Origin: Pseudonocardiaceae bacterium
GTDB lineage: Bacteria > Actinomycetota > Actinomycetes > Mycobacteriales > Pseudonocardiaceae
Direction of reading: 5' to 3'
Assembly: GCA_036494295.1 (NCBI GenBank)
Contig: DASXOL010000046.1
Span: forward strand, 1-37,687
Length of the DNA stretch: 37,687 nucleotides
Shown piece after piece: positions 1 through 8,429 of the stretch. The stretch's first letter is position 1, and each line of letters begins with the position of its first letter. Made by a program: the position numbers and the translations under genes. The notes beneath the pieces were generated by a model that was given only the letters and a program-made list of their open reading frames with translations, ran no database searches and was not told the origin of the DNA.

Positions 1-720
1 CTCTGGCCGGACCGGCACCGCGGCACGCTCGGCTCCGAGGCCATCGACAGCGCCGTGCTCGAGGACGCCCGCGGCCTGCTGGTGAACGGGCGCACCGAGA
101 CGCTGCACTACGGGCCGGAAGGTCAGCGCCGCGGCGAGGGCATGAACATCTTCGTGAACTCCTTCGAGCCGCCGCCGCGCATGCTGGTGTTCGGCGCGAT
201 CGACTTCGCCTCGGCGATGGCCCGGCTCGGCGTCTTCCTCGGCTACTACGTGACGGTGTGCGACGCGCGGCCGGTGTTCGCCACCAAGAGCCGCTTCCCC
301 GACGCGCACGAGGTCGTGGTGAACTGGCCGCACCGCTATCTGAAGGAAGAGTACGAGGCCGGGCGGATCGACCCGAGGACGGTGGTCACGGTCCTCACCC
401 ACGACCCGAAGTTCGACGTGCCGGTGCTGCTCGAAGCGCTGCGGATGGACCTGGCCTACGTCGGGGCGATGGGCTCGCGCAACACCCACGAGGACCGCGA
501 GCAGCGGCTGCGCGAAGCCGGCGTCACCGACGAGGAGCTGGCGAAACTGGCCTCGCCGATCGGCCTGGACCTCGGTGCCCGCACGCCGGAGGAGACCGCG
601 GTGTCCATCGCGGCCGAGATCATCTCGCTGCGCTGGGGCGGTGAGGGCGCTCGGCTCAGCGACACCGATGGCGACATCCACGCCGCCAACCCCATCGCCT
701 CGCCGGTACCCGTCTCCTGA
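1..720 (+). CDS. XdhC/CoxF-family accessory protein, C-terminal part (5' end outside window)
   Basis: Frame 1 is open from base 1. Rossmann-like XdhC_C signature 'MLVFGAIDFASAMARLGVFLGYYVTVCDARP' is followed by 'YVGAMGSRNTHEDR'. Confidence 0.8.
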   Translation, partial: LWPDRHRGTLGSEAIDSAVLEDARGLLVNGRTETLHYGPEGQRRGEGMNIFVNSFEPPPRMLVFGAIDFASAMARLGVFLGYYVTVCDARPVFATKSRFPDAHEVVVNWPHRYLKEEYEAGRIDPRTVVTVLTHDPKFDVPVLLEALRMDLAYVGAMGSRNTHEDREQRLREAGVTDEELAKLASPIGLDLGARTPEETAVSIAAEIISLRWGGEGARLSDTDGDIHAANPIASPVPVS

Positions 721-852
721 GCGACCGGGCGCGCACCGTCGCCCGCTGCGCGGTGATCACCTCAAAACAAGGGTCTGCCGCCTGCGTCCGTGGCGCGTAG
801 CCTGACCCCACGGTGACGTGCTGAGTTTCACCGGTGCGGATGGAGGAGGCTC

Positions 853-2151
853 GTGATCGGCAGCGGCGACGATGCTGCTCCGGGTTCTGCGGTGGTGCTG
901 TCGCGCACGAAGCGGGCGGCGGGCGCTGCCGCGGCGCGCCCCTCGTCGGTGGTGCCCGACGACGAGGTGATCCGGGTTCCGGTGCCAGCCGACGAGGCGC
1001 ATCGGCGGCTGGCCAAGTTCCACGCGCCGGAGATCGTCTTCGGGCTGGGCGCTCGGTTCGAGGCGGCACACGCCGCGGCCCGTCTCGGTGCCCGGCGGCC
1101 GTTCCTGGTCACCGATGCCGGGCTCACCGAGGCCGGCTGGGCGGATCAGCTCCAGGAGCACCTGATCGACTACGGGCTGCGACCCGCGGTGTGGACCGAC
1201 GTCACGCCGAACCCCAAGGACCACGAGGTGGAGGCGGGACACGGCAAGTACGCCGCCTCCGGGTGCGACGTGATCGTCGCGCTCGGCGGCGGATCGGTGA
1301 TCGACGCGGCGAAGGGCATCGCGGTGCTGGCCGCGAACGGCGGCGAGATCCTGGACTACGAGGGCATCGACCGGATCGGCAGGCCCATCCCGCCGGTGGT
1401 GATGCTGCCGTCCACCGCGGGCACCGGTGCCGACGTCTCGCAGTTCTGCATCATCACCGACACCACCCGCAGCATCAAGATCACCATCATGGGCCGCGCA
1501 CTGGTTCCCGACGTGTCCGTTGTGGACCCCGAGCTGCTCACCACGATGCCCGAATGGCTGGCCGCCGCGACCGGTCTCGACGCGCTCACCCACGGCATCG
1601 AGGCGTTCCTGTCGCGGGCGCACAACCCGCTGACCGACCGGCACGCCCTGCAGTCCATCTCGCTGGTCAGCGACCACCTGGTGCACACCATCGACCACCC
1701 GGCCGATCTCGACGCCAGGGTGTTCATGGCGCAGGCGTCGCTGGAGGCGGGACTGGCCTTCACCAACGCCATCCTCGGCGCGACGCACGCAATGAGCCAC
1801 CAGGTCGGCGGCCTGCTGGACCTGCCGCACGGCGTGATCAACGGTGTCCTGCTGCCGCATGTGGTGCGGTTCAACGCCGTGACCGCGCCGCACCGCTACG
1901 TGCCCGTCGCCCGCGCGCTGGGCCTGGAGATCGACCCGCGTTCCCCCGAGGAGGCCGCGATGTCGGTCGCGGAGCGGATCCGCACGCTCGCGGACGAGGT
2001 CGGCGTCCCGCGTGGGCTGGCCGAACTCGGTGTCGCCGAGGCCGATCTGCCCCAGCTGGCCCGGTCCACGCTCGCCGACGCGTGCATGTCCACCAACCCG
2101 CGGACCGCGACCGTAGGTGAGGTGGAGGACCTATTTCGGACAGCGCTGTGA
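853..2151 (+). CDS. Iron-containing (type III) alcohol dehydrogenase
   Basis: Fe-ADH motifs 'VIVALGGGSVIDAAKG', 'PSTAGTGADVS', 'DALTHGIEAF' and 'HAMSHQVGG'. GGAGGAGG lies just upstream of GTG 853. The start is uncertain because in-frame GTGs near 967 would give a more typical N-terminus. Confidence 0.85.
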   Translation: MIGSGDDAAPGSAVVLSRTKRAAGAAAARPSSVVPDDEVIRVPVPADEAHRRLAKFHAPEIVFGLGARFEAAHAAARLGARRPFLVTDAGLTEAGWADQLQEHLIDYGLRPAVWTDVTPNPKDHEVEAGHGKYAASGCDVIVALGGGSVIDAAKGIAVLAANGGEILDYEGIDRIGRPIPPVVMLPSTAGTGADVSQFCIITDTTRSIKITIMGRALVPDVSVVDPELLTTMPEWLAAATGLDALTHGIEAFLSRAHNPLTDRHALQSISLVSDHLVHTIDHPADLDARVFMAQASLEAGLAFTNAILGATHAMSHQVGGLLDLPHGVINGVLLPHVVRFNAVTAPHRYVPVARALGLEIDPRSPEEAAMSVAERIRTLADEVGVPRGLAELGVAEADLPQLARSTLADACMSTNPRTATVGEVEDLFRTAL

Positions 2152-3581
2152 ACGGCTACCGCGCGGCTGCGCATTCGCCCGAGCCGGGTCCCGCGGCGGA
2201 CGCGGATCTGGAGACCCTCACCGGCATCCGCACCGGCAAGGGGTCCTTCTATCCCGAGTACCGCAGTTCGGCGGAGCGGCTCGAGCGGGTCATCCAGGCA
2301 CTGGACCGCATCTCCCGCGCGCTGGTGCGCACCAGGGAAGGTCCGGAGACCTTGATCCGCGCGGTCGTGCAGGCCGCCGCCGAGCACCTCAGCGCGGAGT
2401 ACGTGCTGTTCGCGCTGGCCGACGGGTCGCTGCCGGACACCGCACTGCGCCACCTCGCGGTGGACTCCGACGGCGCCGAGATCAGGGACCTGAGCACGCT
2501 GCCGGAGGCGGTGCTGCGCCATCTCGCCCTGGTGCGCGCGGGCACGCTGCAGCCACACCCGCCCGGCTCGTCGCCGCTGCGGCACAGCCACGTGCCGGTG
2601 GCCCTCGACGGCGTCGTGGTCGGCGCCTTCGTGGCCTGGGCGGGCCGGCTGCGCGACATCGACGCCACCGACTCGTCGGTGCTGCGCATCCTGGCCGGCC
2701 AGACCGCGGCCGCGTTGCAGAACTCCTCGCTCTACCAGCGCAGCGAACAGCTGCTCGCGCAGACCGAGCAGCTGTACGACCGGGCCAGCCGGGACGCCGA
2801 GGATCTCGCGGCGCGCAACGCGGAACTGCAGCGCACCCAGGAGCAGCTGCTGGTCGCGCGCCAGCGCACGGTGCTGGACTCCGAGCGGCGGCGCATCGCC
2901 CGCGAACTGCACGACAGCGTGACCCAGTTCGCGCTGTCCGCGGGGATGCAGATCGAGATCTGCCGTGCCGAGGTGAGCGACCCCGGTCTGGCCGAGCGCC
3001 TGGACACCGCCAAGGCCCTCACCCGCAGGGCCGTCGAACAGCTCCGCTCGGCGATCTACACGCTGAACCACACCGAGACCGGGGAGACGCCGAGCCTCCC
3101 GGCGATGCTGAAGGAACTGGCCACCGTGCACGTGCCCGACGAGCTGCGGGTGGAGGTCCGCGTGGAGGGCGCGCCGGTGCCGCTGCCCGGACACGCGGAG
3201 CACTCGCTGCTGCGGGTGGCGGGCGAGGCGCTGTTCAACACCGCGGTGCACGCCCAGGCCCGGCGCGCCGTGGTGCGGCTGGCCTACCGCGCCGACCGGC
3301 TGCTGCTGTCCGTCGCCGACGACGGCCGGGGCGACCCGGAGACCGTCCGCAGGACACTGCGCGTCGCCGCGGCGGGCGATCTCGACGGCAGGCATCGCGG
3401 GCTGGCGAACATGCAGGCCCGCGCCCGGCAACTGGGCGGAACGCTGTCGGTGCGCAAGGCCACGCTGGGCGGGCTGCGCGTGCTGCTCAGCGTTCCCCTG
3501 CCGTTGCCGGACCAGGCCCAGCCGGACCGCGAGACAGCGACGCAGAACGCCAGCGCCCCACCAGGAGGTTCCGATGCCTGA
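2148..3581 (+). CDS. GAF-domain sensor histidine kinase, NarX/HisKA_3 type (MnoS-like)
   Basis: GTGA overlap with the ADH stop codon. H-box 'ERRRIARELHDSVTQ', a coiled-coil linker and a C-terminal HATPase region 'GRHRGLANMQARARQLGG'. Confidence 0.85.
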   Translation: MNGYRAAAHSPEPGPAADADLETLTGIRTGKGSFYPEYRSSAERLERVIQALDRISRALVRTREGPETLIRAVVQAAAEHLSAEYVLFALADGSLPDTALRHLAVDSDGAEIRDLSTLPEAVLRHLALVRAGTLQPHPPGSSPLRHSHVPVALDGVVVGAFVAWAGRLRDIDATDSSVLRILAGQTAAALQNSSLYQRSEQLLAQTEQLYDRASRDAEDLAARNAELQRTQEQLLVARQRTVLDSERRRIARELHDSVTQFALSAGMQIEICRAEVSDPGLAERLDTAKALTRRAVEQLRSAIYTLNHTETGETPSLPAMLKELATVHVPDELRVEVRVEGAPVPLPGHAEHSLLRVAGEALFNTAVHAQARRAVVRLAYRADRLLLSVADDGRGDPETVRRTLRVAAAGDLDGRHRGLANMQARARQLGGTLSVRKATLGGLRVLLSVPLPLPDQAQPDRETATQNASAPPGGSDA

Positions 3582-4263
3582 CACCGCCAGCCGCGTCCCG
3601 GCGCCCCGGCCGCACCATCCGGTGGGACAGCAGGTTCGCATCGTCCTGGTCGACGACCACGCGATCCTTCGCCAGGGTCTTCGCTCCGTGCTGGAACGCG
3701 AGCGGGACCTGCAGGTGGTGGGGGAGGCGTCCAGCGCGGAGGAGGCGCTGGCCGTGGTCGCGCGGGTCCGGCCCACCATCGTGCTGCTGGACCTGAAGCT
3801 CTCCGCAGGCGCCGACTCCGAGGGCCTGCAGGTCTGCCGCCGACTGGCCAACGCCCATCCGGGCATCGGCGTGCTGGTGCTCACCACCTTCCTGGACGAC
3901 CGGCTCGTGGTGGAGGCGGTGCACGCGGGTGCCCGCGGCTACGTGATCAAGGACGTCGACACCACCGAGCTCACCCGCGCGATCCGCGCGGTCTCCCGCG
4001 GGGAGAGCGCGTTCGACTCGCGCAGCGCCTCCGCGGTCATCCGCTCGCTCAACGGCGAGCAGCCCGGCGGCGGCCGGCTCACCGAACGCGAGCTGGAGGT
4101 GCTGCGGCTCCTGGCGCGCGGACAGTCCAACCGGGCCATCGGCAAGGAGCTGTTCATCTCCGAGACCACGGTGAAGTTCCACGTCGGCAAGATCATGCGC
4201 AAGCTGGAGGTCTCCCGCCGCGCCGAGGCCGTCTTCGCCGCCAGCAAGGCGGGCCTGATCTGA
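3574..4263 (+). CDS. NarL/LuxR-family response regulator (MnoR-like)
   Basis: Overlaps the kinase gene by 8 nt. Receiver motifs 'IVLVDDH' and 'LLDLKL'. C-terminal LuxR HTH 'LTERELEVLRLLARGQSNRAIGKELFISETTVKFHV'. Confidence 0.9.
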   Translation: MPDTASRVPAPRPHHPVGQQVRIVLVDDHAILRQGLRSVLERERDLQVVGEASSAEEALAVVARVRPTIVLLDLKLSAGADSEGLQVCRRLANAHPGIGVLVLTTFLDDRLVVEAVHAGARGYVIKDVDTTELTRAIRAVSRGESAFDSRSASAVIRSLNGEQPGGGRLTERELEVLRLLARGQSNRAIGKELFISETTVKFHVGKIMRKLEVSRRAEAVFAASKAGLI

Positions 4264-4285
4264 GCCCGCTGCGTGGAGCCGACCG

Positions 4286-4777
4286 ATGAGCGAGGCGAAT
4301 GGCTGGATGGCGCCGTCGGCCGGGCAGCTGCAGGCGGTCCTGCGGCGGACCCGGACGGTGGCGGTGCTCGGCGCCTCCCCGAATCCCGCGCGGCCCAGCA
4401 ACGTCGCCGCCGCCTACCTGCTGGCGCACACGGACTGGGACGTCTACTTCGTCAACCCGAACGCGACGGAGATCCTCGGCAGGCCGGTGTACCGCTCGCC
4501 GGCCGAACTGCCCGTGGTGCCCGATCTCGTGGACGTGTTCCGCAGGCCCGCGGAGCTGCCCCACGTGCTGACCGAGACGATCAAGGCCGGCGCGTCCACG
4601 CTGTGGCTGCAGTTCGGGCTCTACGACGCGGCGATCGCCGAACAGGCCGAGGCCGCCGGCCTGACGGTCGTCATGGACCGCTGCCTGAAGATCGGCCACA
4701 CCCGATTCGCGATGGCCGATACTCCGCGGACCGCTGACTCGCCGGGCGGCATTCCAAGATCACTTGGCCGACGCTAG
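4286..4777 (+). CDS. CoA-binding domain protein (YccU/CoA_binding_2 family)
   Basis: 'RTVAVLGASPNPARPSN', 'DLVDVFRR' and 'LWLQFGLYD...VVMDRCLKIGH' are typical of this family. Confidence 0.8.
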   Translation: MSEANGWMAPSAGQLQAVLRRTRTVAVLGASPNPARPSNVAAAYLLAHTDWDVYFVNPNATEILGRPVYRSPAELPVVPDLVDVFRRPAELPHVLTETIKAGASTLWLQFGLYDAAIAEQAEAAGLTVVMDRCLKIGHTRFAMADTPRTADSPGGIPRSLGRR

Positions 4778-4871
4778 GACCGTGCCCTGTGCTGGAGTGA
4801 CCACCGGGTGACAATCGGTGAGTGCCCGACGCAGCCGGTAGCATCGGGCGAGGTGCCAGGGAGGTGGTCCC

Positions 4872-6080
4872 GTGCCGGACCAGCCGCAAGGCGGTATCGG
4901 CGGGCAGGCGGCCCAGCTGCGCAAGCTCAACGGGCTCACGCAGGCTCAGCTCGCGCAGCGTGCCCACGTGTCGTCGTCTCTGGTGCGCAAGGTGGAGCAG
5001 GGCAGCGCGCCCGCCTCGCCCGCGTTCGTGTCGGCGACGGCCCGTGCTCTCGGCGTGGGCGTGGCCGAGCTGCTGGGTCAGCCGATACGCCCGGCTGACG
5101 CCGCTGAGCATCAAGTGTTCGCGGTGATCCCGCCGTTGCGTCGGGAGCTGGCCGCCTACCGGCTGCCCCCCGATGACGGGAGCACCGCGCGGAGCCTGGC
5201 CGAGCTGCAAGCCGAAGTGGATCGCGCCTCCCGGATGCGGCACTTGGTCGATCTGACGGCATTGGGCGCGGCACTGCCGGGGTTGCTCGCCGAACTGCGT
5301 GCTGCGGTGCACACGCTGACGGGCGCCGAGCAGGAGTGGGCGTTCGGCCTGCTCGCCGAGATGTACTACGCAGCAGGGCAGTTGGCGTCGAAGCTCGGTT
5401 ATGTCGATCTTGCCTCGTTGAGCGTGGACCGCTACGAGTGGGCTGCCGCACGGTCCGGTGACGAACTGGCCGTGCTGGTCGGCGACTACCGACGCGCGGG
5501 CGAACTGATCAGCCTGGCGGACTGGGCAGCTGCGCAACGACTTCTGGAGAGGTCGAGAGCACGGTTGGAGCCCGGGCTGGGCCGTGCCGACGCGCCGACC
5601 CTCTCGACCTGGGGCAACCTGCACCTCAAGTCAGCTTTGGCAGCAGCCCGTGCCGGTGATCAGTCCACCTCGGATGCGCACCTGGCCGAGGCTCGGGAGA
5701 CGGCCGCGCGTATCGGTGCTGACCGTGACGACTATCGGCTGTGTTTCGGACCGACCAACGTGGCCATCTGGGCGGTCGGCCTGGCGGTGGAGGCGGGCGA
5801 CAGCACGGAGGCGGTGAAGCGCGCCGAAGGCTTCGTCCCGCCCCCGACTGCGCCCCGTGAGCGGGTCGGGCACCACTGGATCGACTTGGCACGCGGATAC
5901 CTGCTCCACGGCGACCGGCACAACGCCCTGTCCAGCCTGATGACCGCACGGCGCACGGCGCCACAACAGACCCGGTACCACCCCATGGTCGCGGAAACGG
6001 TGCGGACCCTTGCTCGCGGCGATCGGCGTAGATCCGACAGTCTCAGCGGGTTTGCGGCATGGATGGGCGTCACCGCGTGA
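4872..6080 (+). CDS. XRE-family HTH transcriptional regulator with long helical (TPR-like) C-terminal domain
   Basis: GGGAGG RBS before GTG 4872. HTH 'LRKLNGLTQAQLAQRAHVSSSLVRKVEQG'. About 330 aa of Ala/Leu-rich helical region follow. Confidence 0.8.
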   Translation: MPDQPQGGIGGQAAQLRKLNGLTQAQLAQRAHVSSSLVRKVEQGSAPASPAFVSATARALGVGVAELLGQPIRPADAAEHQVFAVIPPLRRELAAYRLPPDDGSTARSLAELQAEVDRASRMRHLVDLTALGAALPGLLAELRAAVHTLTGAEQEWAFGLLAEMYYAAGQLASKLGYVDLASLSVDRYEWAAARSGDELAVLVGDYRRAGELISLADWAAAQRLLERSRARLEPGLGRADAPTLSTWGNLHLKSALAAARAGDQSTSDAHLAEARETAARIGADRDDYRLCFGPTNVAIWAVGLAVEAGDSTEAVKRAEGFVPPPTAPRERVGHHWIDLARGYLLHGDRHNALSSLMTARRTAPQQTRYHPMVAETVRTLARGDRRRSDSLSGFAAWMGVTA

Positions 6081-6104
6081 CTGAATAACGCGCGGGCGGC
6101 GGAG

Positions 6105-7340
6105 TCATCCGGCCCATTGGCGTAAGGGGTCGGGGAGTGGGGTGTGGGTGGGGTCGAGAATGTGGGGTGGGGTGAATTCGGGGTGGCCGCGGGTGTTGAT
6201 GCGTATTCGCCAGTTCTGGCGGTGGACGGTGGTGTGGTGGTAGTCGCACAACAGGCACATGTTTTCGAGGGCGGTGGTGCCGCCGTCGAGCCAGTGGCGG
6301 ATGTGGTGTGCCTGGCAGTGTGGGGGGCGGCGTGGGCAGCCGGGGAAGGCGCAGCCGTGGTCGCGGTGGGCGAGGGCGGCGCGGAGGGCGGGGCTGGCGA
6401 GGCGGTGTGCGCGTCCGACGTCGAGGGGGACGGAGTCGGTGCCCAGCACCATGGGGATGAGCCGGGTGTCGCAGGCCAGTCGGCGGGCGTGGGCGGCGGT
6501 GATCTTTCCGCCGGTGTCGAGCAGGGCGGTGCCCAGGCCTTCGGTGAGCTCGCGTAGTCCGATGGTGATGGTCAGGTGGGGGCGTTGGCCGCCGGTGGCG
6601 GGTAGGTCGCCGTCGTCGAGGACGCGGTTCATGGCGTCGATGAGGGCGTCGGCGTTGCGGCGGGGTTGGCTGCGCTGGTCGGGTTGGCCGTCGGTGTCGG
6701 GGTGGCGGGTGTTGAGGGCGTCGAGGACTGCCAGCACTCGGGCGCCGCCGTCGGGGTCGAGGCGCCCGGTGAGGTTCACGGTGCCGTCGCGGCTGGTGCG
6801 CACGTACAGTTCGCGGCTGCGTTCGGGTTCGTCGGTGGGGGCGGTGCCGTCGGGGTCGAGGTGGGCGAGTAGGCGTTCGGCGATCCGGGCGAGGGCGGCG
6901 GGGTCGAAGCGGCGGGCGGCGTCGGCCAGGGTCTGCTCGGCCAGCGCGAGATCGTCCGGAGGTGTCGCCGAGGGGACCCGGGCCATCGTGGCGGTGATGA
7001 TCCGCACCTGGGCGGTGCCGATGGCGCCCTCGGCCAGCGCGGCCGCCGTGGCGGGCAACCGCGGGGGCAGCACGGTGCCGGTCAGGGACCGGCGTTCGAC
7101 GAGGTGCGCCGCGTGCTCGACCCGGGTCCGGGCCTCGCCCCGGGACAGCTGAAGCACCCCGGCCAGCAGCCGGGCGGTGGTGCCGAACCCGGTGACGGCA
7201 CCGGCTTTCTCGTTCTCGAGTTCGGCCACCACCTCGATCATCCGCGCATAGGACCGCCGCATCTCGGATTCGGCCGCGCGCAGCTTGTCGAGCAGCCCGT
7301 CGATACGGGCTGTCTGCGCACGATCCTCAACCGCCATCAC
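6105..7340 (-). CDS. DUF222 / HNH endonuclease domain protein (13E12-repeat-like family)
   Basis: DUF222-type N-terminus 'RRSYARMIEVVAELE...GFGTTARLLAGVL'. C-terminal HNH box 'CAFPGCPRRPPHCQAHHIRHWLDGGTTALENMCLLCDYHH'. The start is GTG 7340 or ATG 7337. Confidence 0.85.
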   Translation of the reverse strand: MMAVEDRAQTARIDGLLDKLRAAESEMRRSYARMIEVVAELENEKAGAVTGFGTTARLLAGVLQLSRGEARTRVEHAAHLVERRSLTGTVLPPRLPATAAALAEGAIGTAQVRIITATMARVPSATPPDDLALAEQTLADAARRFDPAALARIAERLLAHLDPDGTAPTDEPERSRELYVRTSRDGTVNLTGRLDPDGGARVLAVLDALNTRHPDTDGQPDQRSQPRRNADALIDAMNRVLDDGDLPATGGQRPHLTITIGLRELTEGLGTALLDTGGKITAAHARRLACDTRLIPMVLGTDSVPLDVGRAHRLASPALRAALAHRDHGCAFPGCPRRPPHCQAHHIRHWLDGGTTALENMCLLCDYHHTTVHRQNWRIRINTRGHPEFTPPHILDPTHTPLPDPLRQWAG

Positions 7341-7520
7341 GGGCCAATTATCGCGCCCGACCCCGACAATTTCGGAAATGTGTCACATCGGCAGCCGAGA
7401 AAGATCAGGGATTGGGCCGCGTTCAAAGCCGGGATTCATCGAGGGCTGTGTCGCAACCGGTTCGATTCGCCGCCGACGATCGCTATTCGCTAGGCTGACT
7501 GTGACTGAAGCGACCGGGGG

Positions 7521-8429
7521 CTACGGCCCCGCGTCGATCACGAGCCAGCCGCCGTGGTGTTCGGTCACCTCGTACGGCAGGCCGGTCTCGGCGCCGAGGC
7601 CGTCCAGGTCGGCCAGGTCGAAGGTGCGGACGTGCCCGTAGACCGCGGTCGGCTCCGCTTCGAACGGCACGGCGATCACCACCCGGCACCGGGCCACCCG
7701 CAGCGCCTCCGCGAGCGCCATCGCGCCGTGTGCCGGGTCCAGGTGCTCGAGCAGGTGGATCATCGTGACGGTGTCCACGCTGCGGTCGGCCAACGGTACC
7801 CGCGCCGCGTCGCAGACCACAGTGGACAGCGATCTGCCCAGCCTCCGCGCGACCGTGGCCAGCAGCTGCACGGTTCCGGGGCACAGGTCCGAGGCGATCA
7901 CCTGGTGCCCGCTGTCGGCCAGGCGCAGCGCGAGGAAACCGAAGCAACTACCCAGGTCCAGCACCCGCCTTCCGGTCACGAGCTCCTTCGCCCGCGCCGC
8001 GACCGGAGCGAACGCCGCGACGCTGCCCCCGGTCCGGGTGGCCCCGGGATGGGCGAGCGCGGCGAGGGTGTTGGCGTAGAACACCGACCACGCGGTCACC
8101 GGTTCGCTGATCGTGGAGCGCACCACCCCGGTGAACACCCGGCGGAAGTCCTCCGGGCCGTCCAGCAGACCGGACGAGCCCAGCTCCGCGGAGACGATGC
8201 CGGCCAGGTCGTCGTCGAGCTCGTCGGGGAACAACCGGTGCAGCACCACGAGTCCCTGCGCGGTCCGGTGGATCCGGAAGTGCTCGGTGACCGCGTCCGG
8301 CGCGCGGCCGCCGAGCAACCGCACCGGCACCGCTTCGCGGCGGTCGTGGCAGACCGTGACCCGGCCGTCGCTCCACCGCCCCGGATGCCCCGGAGCCAGT
8401 GCGTCCATCGTGGTGGTCGGGGTCATCAC
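7521..8429 (-). CDS. mftM: Class I SAM-dependent methyltransferase, MftM-like (mycofactocin oligosaccharide methyltransferase candidate)
   Basis: SAM motif I 'RVLDLGSCFGFLALRLA' and acidic loop 'VIASDL'. The extended N-terminal domain is typical of MftM. It is the last gene of the mno operon and overlaps the vwa stop codon (GTGATG). An alternative start is ATG 8426. Confidence 0.7.
   Translation of the reverse strand: MMTPTTTMDALAPGHPGRWSDGRVTVCHDRREAVPVRLLGGRAPDAVTEHFRIHRTAQGLVVLHRLFPDELDDDLAGIVSAELGSSGLLDGPEDFRRVFTGVVRSTISEPVTAWSVFYANTLAALAHPGATRTGGSVAAFAPVAARAKELVTGRRVLDLGSCFGFLALRLADSGHQVIASDLCPGTVQLLATVARRLGRSLSTVVCDAARVPLADRSVDTVTMIHLLEHLDPAHGAMALAEALRVARCRVVIAVPFEAEPTAVYGHVRTFDLADLDGLGAETGLPYEVTEHHGGWLVIDAGP

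Noticed and set aside
1-720. XdhC together with MoxR and VWA as a CoxD/E/F-like maturation trio
   Set aside because: XdhC is about 7.7 kb away on the opposite strand and truncated at the window edge. It probably belongs to an upstream molybdoenzyme cluster, and nothing in the sequence links them.
757-3887. Long minus-strand ORFs (757-1893, 1896-3887), with similar cases at 16550-18550, 19463-21055, 26100-27866, 22284-23505 and 35671-37542
   Set aside because: They are Arg/Pro/Gly/Ala-rich translations lying antisense or out of frame to genes with clear family motifs. They are typical high-GC shadow ORFs with no recognisable domains.
6105-7340. The HNH protein as part of a defence system, a Cas9-like nuclease or an IS transposase
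   Set aside because: It has DUF222+HNH single-gene architecture with no partner genes, and I found no terminal inverted repeats or target-site duplications.
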